Below are positions 7,802 through 18,227 of a stretch of 64,000 nucleotides of DNA, piece by piece. Both the position numbers and the translations under genes were made by a program. The stretch comes from Bdellovibrionales bacterium. Lineage in GTDB: Bacteria > Bdellovibrionota > Bdellovibrionia > Bdellovibrionales > Bdellovibrionaceae. Numbering within the stretch: the first letter of the stretch is position 1; every line of letters begins with the position of its first letter. The stretch spans positions 32,001 to 96,000 of the forward strand of contig JANMPT010000028.1 in assembly GCA_031370005.1 (NCBI GenBank). The letters run 5' to 3'. A model generated the notes under the pieces. That model was given only the letters and a program-made list of their open reading frames with translations. It did no database searches and was not told where the DNA came from.

Positions 7802-10267
7802 CTAGATATCATCCCAGGATTCCTTTTGAACCGTTTGGCCGTCATTTTTATATGGGACAGGGTCTACAAGATAAGTAAAAAGATCTTTCTTATTTCCATA
7901 GAGCTGTGAGTACACATAGCAGTTCGAAATCACTTTTTTCACATAGTTGCGAGTCTCAAGGAAGGGAATATGCTCAATAAACTCATCAGTTTCTAGATGC
8001 CCAAAAGAGGCCAACCAGTTTTTCACACGGTGTGGTCCTGCATTGTAACCTGCCGCCACCAGGGGAATCGTATTATCAAATTTCACCATCAAGCGTTGCA
8101 AATAGCGGCTGCCCATTTTGATTGCGGCACTTGGCTCTAACAACTGGCGAGGTTGAAAGTCTTTTTCACCCAACAGATTCGCCACTCTGTAACCTGTAAA
8201 TGGCATCACTTGCATCAGGCCCAAAGCACCCACTGGAGAAATTGCATCTTTGCGATACTGACTCTCTGCTCGCATAATGCCCCAGACAAGCTCATTTGGA
8301 ACCGAAAAGTCTTTAGAATATTTATCGACATATTTTGCAAAGGCCTTTGGATAAGCAAACTCCCAGAAACTGCGACCACCGTCTACACCACTGGAGCGTT
8401 GGCCTGAGAAAAATACCTGACCAATATAAGAAGAACGATGGAAATAGCCAACAGCATTGTACTCCGTCATCAAAGACTTCATGAAATCTTTGTTGCGAGT
8501 TTTCTTTTCGATATCGTAAAGATCCCATTTCGCCCAGTCCTCTAGGCCAACAGCCATCAAATCCCTGGCTTTTTCAAAACGTTTTGCTAAAACCGAGTTT
8601 GTACCTTGGGCCTTATCAGCTTCAGTCAAATCCGCAACATCAACTTGTTTTTCGTCAGTGCCTTCGGCTAGTTCATTTGATTCATCATCTGCAGATTCTT
8701 CGGCGAACTCCTGTAGCACCAGACCTTCTTCAGTTTCGGCATCGGCGCCAGTCACTGTCGGCAACATCTGATCATCAATGGTCGGAATCATAAATTCGCT
8801 AGAAGGCATTCTTGAAACCCAGCCAATACTCGGCTCGGGAACACTACGAGAAGCCATCTTTGGCTGGATATTTTGAATTTTTTTAAGTCTGTAGCGAGCC
8901 GCTATTGAGTAATAGCCCATCAAAGGATCCTGTGCCAATTTCTCAAAATGAGCTTTAGCTTGGTCGTATTTTTCTTGTCGATAAAGACTCATCGCCATCC
9001 AATAATTCGTCCGATCCGCTGGATATCTGGCGCGGCGATGGTGGCCGTGGTTTTTTACCACTTGCAACTGACTGAGTGATATATAAGCCCCTTGATAATC
9101 CCCTTTAAGATACTTGATCCAAGAGAGTTGCCACTTTGCATCGAGGCTCAAGGCTGAGCTTGGATAAACTCTCATGAACTCTTTAAATCTGCGAGCGGCC
9201 CCGTCATAATCTTGAAATTGATAGCTCAAGAATGCCGACTGATAAAGAGCCTCTTTGGCTTGCTTTGCTCGCGGACTCATTTTGTAAGCAGCATAGTAAG
9301 ATCCCACGGCGGCCTGAACCTCACCGGCGCGAGCAGCTATGGAGGCAAAATTGATCAAATACGAAAAGTTTCCTTTCTTCTTCTCGTAGTAGGGCTTTAA
9401 GAGCTCGTAAGCTTTGCTGAGCTCCCCCTCTTGTGCAAAATACTGAGCTTGGACTTGATCTGCCAAATAAGGATCTTCTTTGACAAGACGCCCACGAAAG
9501 CTATTGATCTCTTCTTGGGCTTTTTTATCGTAGCCGGCAAAGATCAGATAACGAACGCGGGATTTAAAATCGTCCAAATTCGATGGGCAAACAGTGGCTT
9601 TGTTGCCAATTTTATTTTCCGCCAGATCAAAGCCCCATTCTGAAACCTTCGCAGCAGTTGGATAACGTGAATAGAGCTTTTCTGCCCACTTACACATTCC
9701 GCGATGGCTGGCCATCCCTTGCTCTGCCAAGGCCAAAAAGTAAAGAACATCTGGGTACTCTTCAGAGCCACGAGTGCGTCTTTCAATTTTCCGGAAATTA
9801 TTTCGCGCATCTTTGAAATTTCCATGTTGAAGTGCTATTTGACCAGACATGGATATAGAATCAATTTTCAATTTTATATTCGGAAAATGCTCATCCACCT
9901 TCTTAAATTCCGCTTGTGCTTCAGATAGCTTATTAAGCTTAAAGTAAGCCATTCCCTTATAAAAATATGCATATTCCTCAAGATTGCTTTTTTCTTTCAA
10001 AACTTGTTCTAAGCTCGCAATGGCTTTTTCGTAATCACCATTGTCATAATAAAGCATCGCCAAACTAAATGGCAAAAGCTGACGATCATCCCCAGGTGAA
10101 TTCTTTTGAATTTCCTTTTGCAATAACTCTATAGCTTCACTCCGCTTTCCATTTTGCTTAAGCTCACGAAGCTTTGCCTGCAATTCAGAACTCGCAAATG
10201 AGACAGCGCCTCCAAGCATCGCGGATACCGTTAACGCCAATAAAAGAAGATTTTTGAGACTGACCAT
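7802..10267 (-). CDS. slt: TPR-containing soluble lytic transglycosylase (Slt70-like)
   Basis: Signal peptide, TPR repeats, IMRAES, GALGLMQVMP, AGYNAGP, ETRNYV. Alternative start at 10309. Confidence 0.88.
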   Translation of the reverse strand: MVSLKNLLLLALTVSAMLGGAVSFASSELQAKLRELKQNGKRSEAIELLQKEIQKNSPGDDRQLLPFSLAMLYYDNGDYEKAIASLEQVLKEKSNLEEYAYFYKGMAYFKLNKLSEAQAEFKKVDEHFPNIKLKIDSISMSGQIALQHGNFKDARNNFRKIERRTRGSEEYPDVLYFLALAEQGMASHRGMCKWAEKLYSRYPTAAKVSEWGFDLAENKIGNKATVCPSNLDDFKSRVRYLIFAGYDKKAQEEINSFRGRLVKEDPYLADQVQAQYFAQEGELSKAYELLKPYYEKKKGNFSYLINFASIAARAGEVQAAVGSYYAAYKMSPRAKQAKEALYQSAFLSYQFQDYDGAARRFKEFMRVYPSSALSLDAKWQLSWIKYLKGDYQGAYISLSQLQVVKNHGHHRRARYPADRTNYWMAMSLYRQEKYDQAKAHFEKLAQDPLMGYYSIAARYRLKKIQNIQPKMASRSVPEPSIGWVSRMPSSEFMIPTIDDQMLPTVTGADAETEEGLVLQEFAEESADDESNELAEGTDEKQVDVADLTEADKAQGTNSVLAKRFEKARDLMAVGLEDWAKWDLYDIEKKTRNKDFMKSLMTEYNAVGYFHRSSYIGQVFFSGQRSSGVDGGRSFWEFAYPKAFAKYVDKYSKDFSVPNELVWGIMRAESQYRKDAISPVGALGLMQVMPFTGYRVANLLGEKDFQPRQLLEPSAAIKMGSRYLQRLMVKFDNTIPLVAAGYNAGPHRVKNWLASFGHLETDEFIEHIPFLETRNYVKKVISNCYVYSQLYGNKKDLFTYLVDPVPYKNDGQTVQKESWDDI

Positions 10268-10363
10268 AACCTTAAAACATACTTTTACTTTAGATTTGAG
10301 CAAGGGCATCTCCTGGAACCTTAATTATTTGAACTACACCTAGATTAATGATACCGAATAACT

Positions 10364-11758
10364 ATGGCAAAATCGAAGACCAAAACACTTTATGTCTGTC
10401 AAAATTGCGGAGCACAAAGGTCCCGTTGGGAGGGCAAGTGCACGGACTGTGGAGCCTGGAATACCATGGTAGAGGAGCTACAAGTCGGAGAAGTAAAGAC
10501 TCGTGGCTGGTCCGTGGCAACTGAGGGCTCTTCTATGCCCCTTTCCGCAAAGCCGGTCTCCCTGGACCAAAGACTAGAGGAAATGCATCTGACTCGTTTT
10601 GATACGGGTTACCAAGAGTTCAATCGGGTTTTAGGCGGTGGTCTCGCAAAAGGCAGTTTTGTCTTACTCGGCGGCTCGCCGGGAATTGGCAAAAGCACTT
10701 TGCTCTTACAAATGGCAGGTGGGCTTGCTCAAAATAAAAACCGCGTCCTTTATATTTCTGGGGAAGAAAGTGTCGCGCAGACAGGTTCCCGCGCTCATCG
10801 ATTAGGTATTAAAACTCCACTGATTGAGATTGCTGCAGAAAGCAATCTGCACACCATCATGGGCTTGGCTCGCCAAAAAAAACCTGACGTCCTGGTCGTT
10901 GACTCGATCCAAACTGTTTATCTTTCCGATCTGCAAGCGGCACCTGGGTCAGTTTCCCAAGTCCGCGAGTGCGCAGGGCACTTGATGGGACTCGCCAAAG
11001 GAGATGGAATCACAGTGATTCTTATCGGTCACGTCACCAAAGACGGGAGTATCGCGGGTCCAAAAGTTCTCGAGCATATGGTAGATTGCGTACTCTCTTT
11101 TGACGGGGACACTTCTTATAATTTTCGACTATTGCGCTCTCTTAAAAACCGTTTTGGAGCAGCCCAGGAACTCGGCGTATTTCAAATGAACGCCAAAGGC
11201 CTAGAGGAAGTCGCAAACCCTTCTGAATTATTCCTTGAGGAACGTGGCGATCAACTTATTGGTTCCGCAGTTTTTGCCTCGATGGAGGGAACACGTCCTT
11301 TGCTTTGCGAAGTGCAAGCCTTGACTCTTTCAAGTCCCATGGCTATGCCTCGGCGAACGGCATTAGGTATTGATGTGAATCGCTTGCATCTTCTGACGGC
11401 AGTTCTCGACAGGCATCTTGACATTCACTTAAGCCACAGCGACATTTTTATTAATGTTGTTGGAGGATTGAAACTTGTTGAACCCGCTTCTGACTTGGCA
11501 GTGGCGGCCGCAGTTCTTTCCACCGAAGGTCGTAAAGAACTCGATGCTAAAACAGTTTTCTTTGGTGAGATCGGCCTAACCGGCGAGGTGCGCGGAGTTT
11601 CTTTTGTTGAAACCCGTATGAAGGAGGCCGACAAGCTGGGCTTCACTCATTTTGTAATGCCCTTTTCTAACAAAAGACATTTAGGTGATTTCAAACTCTC
11701 GAAAGACAAAAAAATTAGTTATGTTAAGAATGTCCACGAGCTACAAAAGTTAATCTAG
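10364..11758 (+). CDS. radA: DNA repair protein RadA/Sms
   Basis: C4 zinc finger, GSPGIGKST, KNRFG motif. Confidence 0.97.
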   Translation: MAKSKTKTLYVCQNCGAQRSRWEGKCTDCGAWNTMVEELQVGEVKTRGWSVATEGSSMPLSAKPVSLDQRLEEMHLTRFDTGYQEFNRVLGGGLAKGSFVLLGGSPGIGKSTLLLQMAGGLAQNKNRVLYISGEESVAQTGSRAHRLGIKTPLIEIAAESNLHTIMGLARQKKPDVLVVDSIQTVYLSDLQAAPGSVSQVRECAGHLMGLAKGDGITVILIGHVTKDGSIAGPKVLEHMVDCVLSFDGDTSYNFRLLRSLKNRFGAAQELGVFQMNAKGLEEVANPSELFLEERGDQLIGSAVFASMEGTRPLLCEVQALTLSSPMAMPRRTALGIDVNRLHLLTAVLDRHLDIHLSHSDIFINVVGGLKLVEPASDLAVAAAVLSTEGRKELDAKTVFFGEIGLTGEVRGVSFVETRMKEADKLGFTHFVMPFSNKRHLGDFKLSKDKKISYVKNVHELQKLI

Positions 11759-11777
11759 ATCATAGAGGGGAAGCCGC

Positions 11778-12185
11778 ATGTCAACAGAATCGATCACATC
11801 CAATGGCACTGCTATTTTTCGGGAGACCTATGCGCCAAATGATTTTATTTTCTTCGAGAGCGACATCGAAAGTCACTTCTACATCATCGAGTCCGGCCAA
11901 GTTCAAATCTTCACCAAAAACAAAGCAGGCAAACGTATCGACATTCTACTTGTTGAGGAGGGTGAATCCTTTGGCGAGTTTGCTCTTCTAGACAACAAGC
12001 CCCGCTCTGCCTCCGCACAGGCCGTCACTGACGTTTCATTGATCAAGGTTTCCACGGAGGGCTATGAGCAATTGCTCGCTGACCTTCCCGTTTGGGCATC
12101 TTGTATGATGAAGTCTTTTGTTGTGCGTCTCAAAAATATGACCGAACAACTCCGCTCCAGTGATCAGTTCCTGAGCCGAAAATAA
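11778..12185 (+). CDS. Stand-alone cyclic-nucleotide-binding domain protein
   Basis: GESFGEFAL...PRSASA. Confidence 0.88.
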   Translation: MSTESITSNGTAIFRETYAPNDFIFFESDIESHFYIIESGQVQIFTKNKAGKRIDILLVEEGESFGEFALLDNKPRSASAQAVTDVSLIKVSTEGYEQLLADLPVWASCMMKSFVVRLKNMTEQLRSSDQFLSRK

Positions 12186-12193
12186 GCAGCTCA

Positions 12194-12260
12194 CAGCCGC
12201 AAGTCTGCCGAGCTTCCAGCGTTCTCCCCATCCCGAATAAAAAACATCAAGCTTTTTCAT
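12194..12260 (-). pseudogene. hipA: HipA-family toxin, truncated after ~22 codons
   Basis: MKKLDVFYSGWGERWKLGRLA resembles HipA N-termini and has an ATGA overlap with the upstream HTH gene. The rest of the ORF is antisense to the cNMP gene. Confidence 0.75.
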
Positions 12261-12562
12261 CGAGCCCTTCGAGGTATTTTCTTTGATTTGTACTTTTCTA
12301 TTTTTTCCATCTCTGAAATCGAATCAATTTTTAAAGTAAAAAGAGACTCAAGGTCTTGTGTTAGATCCAACGCCATAATGATTCGAATCCATATTTCCAA
12401 AGAGGCTTGGCCCTTGGACTCAAGGTTTTTAATGGTTCCCACAGAAATCCCGACCCGCTCCGCAAGTTCTTGTTGCTTTATATTTTTGGCCAAACGCTGA
12501 GCCTTGAGCCGCTGCCCCAACTCATAGCAAATCTCCCTGGAGGACGACAATATAAAGTGCAA
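12257..12562 (-). CDS. XRE/HipB-like HTH antitoxin
   Basis: RLAKNIKQQELAERVGISVGTIKNLE. Confidence 0.88.
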   Translation of the reverse strand: MHFILSSSREICYELGQRLKAQRLAKNIKQQELAERVGISVGTIKNLESKGQASLEIWIRIIMALDLTQDLESLFTLKIDSISEMEKIEKYKSKKIPRRAR

Positions 12563-12592
12563 TATTTTATCCTTTAATACACATCTAACAGC

Positions 12593-12625
12593 TTTAAGTA
12601 TAATATATTATACCTTAAACGTCAA
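12593..12625 (-). promoter_or_regulatory. Promoter with overlapping palindromic operator
   Basis: TTGACG-N17-TATACT; near-palindrome tttaagtataatatattataccttaaa. Confidence 0.75.
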
Positions 12626-12642
12626 GACCACGCCGGCCCAGC

Positions 12643-14124
12643 TCAGGCCTTGCGCAGGGCTTTTTCCCAGCTGGCCAAACGAAGCTTGCGGTCTTTCTGG
12701 GCCATCTCTACCTTGAAGCTGCGATCACTCTTCCAGATTTTTCGAATGTCATCAACATTGGACCAAAAACCAACTCCGAGACCCGCAAGGTAAGCTGCAC
12801 CAATGGCCGTGCTTTCAAGGATCTGAGGGCGCACGACCTGAGTTGCTGCATAATCAGCCTGCAACTGCATCAAAAGATTGTTCGCAGAAGCACCACCATC
12901 AACTTTGATACTTTTTAATTTTTTACCAAGATCCTTTTGCATCGCTGCCATGATATCAACATTTTGCAAAGCCATGGCCTCCAAGGTCGCACGGGCCACG
13001 TGCGCCTTTGTGCTTCCGCGAGTGAGCCCACAAAGAACACCACGGGCTTCGGGATTCCAGTGAGGAGCCCCGAGCCCCGTCAGCGCCGGGACAAACTCAA
13101 CACCTTCACTGTTGGCCACGGAAGCCGCAAGCTGTTCCACTTCAGAGCTGTGTTGAAAAAACTGAAGACCGTCACGCAACCACTGAACTGCTGCACCACA
13201 GACAAAGGCTCCGCCCTCTAGCGCGTAAACCATCTTTTGATCGCGCAGTTTCCAAGCCACCGTGGTCAGTAAACGAGCCTTCGAAACCACCGCCTTTGTG
13301 CCCGTATTAAGTAAAATAAAGCTACCCGTTCCAAAAGTGCATTTCACATCACCAATATCAAAGCAAGTTTGGCCAAAAAGTGCCGCCTGCTGGTCGCCGG
13401 CAACTCCAGCAATAGGAATACCATCAGGAAGTATTCCAAGTCCTTTGGTTTTGCCAAGCTCACCGCTGGAGGGCGCAATTTCTGCCATCAAAGCCGCCGG
13501 AACATCGAAAAGTTTTAAAAGCTCGTCATCCCACCAAGCAGTGTGAATATTCATCAACATCGTGCGAGAGGCATTGCTGACATCAGTCTTGTGAGATTCG
13601 CCCCCTGTAAGTCTCCATAATAAAAAACTATCAATAGTCCCTGCTGCAAGCTCGCCCCGCAGAGCACGGCCCTTGGCACCAGGAACATTTCTAAGAATCC
13701 ATTGAATCTTGCTGGCTGAAAAATACGGATCGATGACAAGGCCCGTTTTTTTGCTAATGATCTTTTCTTTATTATTTCTTTTAAGTTTCTCACAAACATC
13801 TTGGGTTCGACGACATTGCCAGACAATTGCATTATAAATAGCTTTGCCAGTTTTGCGATCCCACACGACCACCGTCTCCCTTTGATTCGTGATCCCAATC
13901 GCTGCAATCTGGTCACCACGAATACGAGTCTGCTCCATGGTTTTTTTCAAAGTATTAAGCGTGGTCCTCCAGATGTCCTCAGGATCATGCTCAACCCAGC
14001 CAGGCTTTGGAAAAATTTGCCGGAAGTCTTCATTGTTTTGACTAACAAGACCTCCGGCTTGGTTGACAATTGCAGTGCGAGTGCTAGTTGTACCTTGATC
14101 AATTGAAATGATATAACGAGACAT
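12643..14124 (-). CDS. glpK: Glycerol kinase
   Basis: IDQGTTS, GITNQRET, GDQQAALFGQ, YALEG; AGGAG RBS. Confidence 0.96.
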   Translation of the reverse strand: MSRYIISIDQGTTSTRTAIVNQAGGLVSQNNEDFRQIFPKPGWVEHDPEDIWRTTLNTLKKTMEQTRIRGDQIAAIGITNQRETVVVWDRKTGKAIYNAIVWQCRRTQDVCEKLKRNNKEKIISKKTGLVIDPYFSASKIQWILRNVPGAKGRALRGELAAGTIDSFLLWRLTGGESHKTDVSNASRTMLMNIHTAWWDDELLKLFDVPAALMAEIAPSSGELGKTKGLGILPDGIPIAGVAGDQQAALFGQTCFDIGDVKCTFGTGSFILLNTGTKAVVSKARLLTTVAWKLRDQKMVYALEGGAFVCGAAVQWLRDGLQFFQHSSEVEQLAASVANSEGVEFVPALTGLGAPHWNPEARGVLCGLTRGSTKAHVARATLEAMALQNVDIMAAMQKDLGKKLKSIKVDGGASANNLLMQLQADYAATQVVRPQILESTAIGAAYLAGLGVGFWSNVDDIRKIWKSDRSFKVEMAQKDRKLRLASWEKALRKA

Positions 14125-14150
14125 AAACAAACTCCTGGACGCTAACCATC

Positions 14151-14918
14151 ATGATGAATTTTTTTAGGAAACCCAACGAAAAAATTTTTAATCTGAGAAA
14201 TCTTGAACGTGATATTTTGTTATACCGCGTTCTGCCCCGTTGGATCATGGAACTCGTTCGCAAATATTTCCGCTTGGAAATCGAAGGCCTAGAGCACATA
14301 CCAAAAAAAGGAGCTGCCATTGTAACTCCTAACCACTCGGGCTATATGGGGATTGATGCAGCACTCCTTGCTCATATTCTCACACAGGAAGCACGGCGTA
14401 TTCCAAGAGTTTTAACTCACCATTTTTGGTTTTTAACAAAAACAACGGCTCTCCCTGCCCAAAAAATGGGCTTCACCGAAGCCACATTTTCTAATGGAAT
14501 AAAAGAACTTCGTAAGAAAAATTTGATTGTGGTTTTCCCAGAGGGCGAAGCCGGAAACTTTAAACCAACACAAAAAATGTATGAATTGCAAGAGTTCCGC
14601 CGTGGCTTTGTCCGCATGGCCCTTGAGACAGGAGCTCCGATCATTCCCTGCATTGTCATTGGCGCAGAGGAAAGTCAGATCAATCTAAAAGAATTAAAGC
14701 TTACTAAGTTTTTAAAAGGCTTGGTCATTCCATTGCCACTCAATGTGATCCCTCTACCGGTGAAATGGAAGATCAAGTTCTTAAAACCTATCCGCCTGCC
14801 CTACGGGCCCAAGGCCATAGGCAACACAGAGTTAATTCATGAAATCTGCGAAGAAATTCAAGAAAAAATGCAAACGGCAATGCACAAAGAACTAAAAAAA
14901 CGGAAATCGATTTTTTGA
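14151..14918 (+). CDS. Lysophospholipid acyltransferase family protein
   Basis: NHSG...D, VFPEG, RRGFVRMA. Confidence 0.88.
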   Translation: MMNFFRKPNEKIFNLRNLERDILLYRVLPRWIMELVRKYFRLEIEGLEHIPKKGAAIVTPNHSGYMGIDAALLAHILTQEARRIPRVLTHHFWFLTKTTALPAQKMGFTEATFSNGIKELRKKNLIVVFPEGEAGNFKPTQKMYELQEFRRGFVRMALETGAPIIPCIVIGAEESQINLKELKLTKFLKGLVIPLPLNVIPLPVKWKIKFLKPIRLPYGPKAIGNTELIHEICEEIQEKMQTAMHKELKKRKSIF

Positions 14919-14922
14919 ATTT

Positions 14923-16176
14923 TTAAAATCGATTCGCATCAAGGACTTTCATATCAACAAATGGAGTTTTACCCTCCACAAGGTCTGCCACTAATAAACC
15001 AGTTCCCGCCCCGCTTTGAAGCCCCAACATTTGATGACCTACGGCCAGAATCATATTTGAAATATTTTTGTGATAACCAATGAGAGGAACTCCATCCGGA
15101 GTGCATGGACGAAGTCCAGCCCAGAGCTCTTGTACTTGTAATTCCTCTGGCAAGTGTAAAAAATCCCGAGCACCCTGTTTAATATTTTCCACGCGTTTAT
15201 TCGTAATGGAAAAATCTTGATCAACCAGCTCCAGGGTTCCAGCAATACGCAAGGTGTTCTGTCTTGGGGTGATTGCAATTTTCTTTTCAACCAACATCAT
15301 TGGATACTGAGGTTGTTTTTCCAAAGAGGACACAATTATCGCATAACCTTTGCCGCCTAAAATCGGAATTCTTAATCGTAAAAGCTTCGCCAAACTCTTT
15401 GACCAACTGCCAGTCGCTAGCACCACCTGTTTGGCGTGAATCTCTCCGTGGGAAGTTATTACTTTTTCAATTTTATTATTTGCGATTATTATATCTTGCA
15501 GCTCTGTATTTTCTAAAATCTCACCACCATGGGCTTTGATTTCCTTTGCAAAGGCCTGCACCACCAGATAAGGCTCAGCCATTGCTTCCTGGGAAAAATA
15601 AACACCTCCGAGTAAGGGGCCCTTCAACGCAGGCTCCATCCCCTGAATATCATCCGTATTTAAAACTTTACCAAGGACACCAAGACTCTTGACATAATTA
15701 AGCTCTTCAACAGCCGCAGCAACGCCAGCCTCCGTCCGACTAACCATCAATAGACCCTTTTGCTGAAAACGGATTTCCGGATACTTTTGGCCAAGCTTTT
15801 CATATTCTATCAGGCTCTTTTGCGAAAGAGTCACCAGACAGGCCACCGCGCGCTTTGCCTGAGCTTCATTCATTGCTTTCATAAAACTCACTAGCCAAGA
15901 AGCCAGATCTAAAGAAAATGACGGTTTGATGTAAAGAGGACTCTGCGGATCTACTAACCACTTCATGGATTTCAAAAGCATTCCTGGCATTGGCAGAGGC
16001 ATTGAAAAACAAGGAGTCATCCATCCGGCATTCCCGTAAGAGCAGCCCATGCCAACTGTGCCCTTATCAATAACGCAGACCTTGGCTCCGCGGCGCGAAA
16101 GCTCTGCGCCGATCGCTGTTCCTATGATCCCTGCTCCAACGACTAATATGTCTACTTGCTTCTTTTGCATACTCAT
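14923..16176 (-). CDS. FAD-dependent D-amino acid dehydrogenase (DadA-like)
   Basis: GAGIIG, CSYGNAG, WAGLRPCTPDG. Confidence 0.88.
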   Translation of the reverse strand: MSMQKKQVDILVVGAGIIGTAIGAELSRRGAKVCVIDKGTVGMGCSYGNAGWMTPCFSMPLPMPGMLLKSMKWLVDPQSPLYIKPSFSLDLASWLVSFMKAMNEAQAKRAVACLVTLSQKSLIEYEKLGQKYPEIRFQQKGLLMVSRTEAGVAAAVEELNYVKSLGVLGKVLNTDDIQGMEPALKGPLLGGVYFSQEAMAEPYLVVQAFAKEIKAHGGEILENTELQDIIIANNKIEKVITSHGEIHAKQVVLATGSWSKSLAKLLRLRIPILGGKGYAIIVSSLEKQPQYPMMLVEKKIAITPRQNTLRIAGTLELVDQDFSITNKRVENIKQGARDFLHLPEELQVQELWAGLRPCTPDGVPLIGYHKNISNMILAVGHQMLGLQSGAGTGLLVADLVEGKTPFVDMKVLDANRF

Positions 16177-16367
16177 TAGTTAGGAAGATCCTCTCCAATA
16201 GTCTTTAATATGGAATCCCACTTTTCAACTAGGATTCCAGGGTTGTCTGGATCGCGCTTTACCAGTTCTTTGGTAATAAGCGCAGCCACGGCAACGGCAA
16301 TCACGAGCAGGAGTACATATTCTACGACCACCTGACCGCTGTTTTTTTTAAGGGATGTTTTTTTCAT
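16176..16367 (-). CDS. Flp/TadE-like pilin
   Basis: GQVVVEYVLLL prepilin cleavage motif followed by a hydrophobic helix. Confidence 0.8.
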   Translation of the reverse strand: MKKTSLKKNSGQVVVEYVLLLVIAVAVAALITKELVKRDPDNPGILVEKWDSILKTIGEDLPN

Positions 16368-16381
16368 TGGGAAGATACAAC

Positions 16382-16813
16382 CTAGGCTTCGTACTGAAGC
16401 TCAGGCACCACTTTAAGTGAGGGTTTCCAGTTTTGAATAGCTAGACCAATAGTTTCAATCAAAAGCTCTAAATGATTATCTTCAATAGGGCCACGGAGTC
16501 CCACGACGACATCTTCATTCCACTTCTCAAGCGCCAGTGGCTGCGTGTTTTCATGTTGTCCATCAAACGACATTAAAAAACCTTCCTCAGAGGGATAAAG
16601 CATAACAAGAATGTTTGCTCCCTTGGCTTTGGAAATTTCTTTAGCGCGCGCCACTTCATTGCTCAACTTCTGCTGAATCAAGAAGTAAATCTTCAGGGCC
16701 AATGCCTCATGAAGCTGAGCAAAATAGATGCGGATCGGTCCGTCGAATATGGCCGAATTAAAAGCCGGGTTAAAAAACTTCGACTGCATCAAAGTAGAAT
16801 AAGACGACTTCAT
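16382..16813 (-). CDS. Hypothetical protein
   Basis: 143-aa ORF with a GAGAGGA RBS. Confidence 0.75.
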   Translation of the reverse strand: MKSSYSTLMQSKFFNPAFNSAIFDGPIRIYFAQLHEALALKIYFLIQQKLSNEVARAKEISKAKGANILVMLYPSEEGFLMSFDGQHENTQPLALEKWNEDVVVGLRGPIEDNHLELLIETIGLAIQNWKPSLKVVPELQYEA

Positions 16814-16920
16814 TTATTTTCCTCTCGAAGAATTGAATCTTTCATTTTCTAAGACTAGGAATACTTGCAGTTCTTTTTCAAAGACTTTTTTAAGAATCTT
16901 AAATTTTAAGATTCAATGCG

Positions 16921-18168
16921 TTATTCTGTTCGCTGATAAATGAGCTTCCCACTCTTATATACAAAGATAGGAGGGCGCTCCCCTATGCTATAGAACATTT
17001 GTCGCCAGCCCCCATCTATGCATAAAAAATCAGCAGATTTTCCAAGCTCTAAAGATCCTACTTCTGATGGCAGATTGAGCGCATAGGAAGCCCCCACCGT
17101 ATAAGCAGCTATCACTTCTGGAAGACTCATCTTCATTTCAAGACGAGCTAGCAAACCCACTAGGTTTAGATTTTGCGTGGGCGATGTTCCAGGATTAAAA
17201 TCAGAGGCTAAGGCCACTCGAGCTCCCTCATTGATGAGTTTCCGCGCCGGAGGATAATTGCATTTCATATATAAATCCGCCGCTGGCAACATCACACAGG
17301 TCACCTGTGACTTGGCAAGTTTTTGAATTTGCTCGTCGCCAATTTGCAAAAGATGATCCCCTGACAGGGCACCAAGTTCCACACAAAGATCACTCCCGCC
17401 ACTCAAAGTGAGTTGATCGGCATGAAGAAGAATTTCAAAACCCATGCCCTGAGCTGTCTTTAAGAAATCCCTGGAGTCTTCTTTGTTAAAAAAGCCTTTC
17501 TCGACATAGATATCCACGCGATTGGAAAGCTTCTGTTTTTTAACCTGAGGCAAGACTTTGTTTTTTAAAAAATCCAAATATGCCTTAGAAGAATCAAACT
17601 CAGGAGGCTTTGCATGGGCTCCTAAAAACGTAGTCACAATACGAGGACCCTCTAAGGACTTTGCCACCTTTAAACATTTGATTTCGTGTTTTTCATCAAG
17701 TGCATAACTAGATTTAATTTCAAGAGTCGTAACACCCTGGCTGACAAACTCATTCACTCGCTTTTGAGAAACAGCCTTTAAAGCTTTTGCAGAAATTTCA
17801 CGGGTTTGCTGCATTGTCGACACAATACCGCCGCCATTCTTGGCAATTTCTTGATAGCTAACGCCTTGATTACGGAGTTCAAATTCTGCCGCTCGATTGC
17901 CCGCAAAAATTAAATGGGTATGACACTCAACAAATCCTGGCATCACCGTTTGGCCTTTAGCTGAAAACTCTTTGAGTTTTTTTTGTTTAGCCAAACTCTT
18001 CGGAATTTTTCTCTGTGGGCCTATCCACGCGATACGACCACTCTCGATATAAATAGCTTGATTTAGCTCAAGACCAAGATCGGCCTCAACAATCCTTCGC
18101 CCCTCTTTTCTCATTGCCGGGCCTAAGGTCAATAACTCACCGATATTAGTTACTAATAGATTTGCCAT
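16921..18168 (-). CDS. hutI: Imidazolonepropionase
   Basis: PGFVECHTHL, GVTTLEIKS, HADQL, SDFNPG. Confidence 0.95.
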   Translation of the reverse strand: MANLLVTNIGELLTLGPAMRKEGRRIVEADLGLELNQAIYIESGRIAWIGPQRKIPKSLAKQKKLKEFSAKGQTVMPGFVECHTHLIFAGNRAAEFELRNQGVSYQEIAKNGGGIVSTMQQTREISAKALKAVSQKRVNEFVSQGVTTLEIKSSYALDEKHEIKCLKVAKSLEGPRIVTTFLGAHAKPPEFDSSKAYLDFLKNKVLPQVKKQKLSNRVDIYVEKGFFNKEDSRDFLKTAQGMGFEILLHADQLTLSGGSDLCVELGALSGDHLLQIGDEQIQKLAKSQVTCVMLPAADLYMKCNYPPARKLINEGARVALASDFNPGTSPTQNLNLVGLLARLEMKMSLPEVIAAYTVGASYALNLPSEVGSLELGKSADFLCIDGGWRQMFYSIGERPPIFVYKSGKLIYQRTE

Positions 18169-18227
18169 GATTTTTTTGTAGCGGCTCTGTAACCGCTTGG
18201 CAAATTAAAATATTGGTTTGAATCTAA

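Noticed and set aside
12036..12193. C-terminal part of the 74-aa ORF as real protein
   Set aside because: It is read-through antisense to the cNMP gene; only the first ~22 codons look like HipA.
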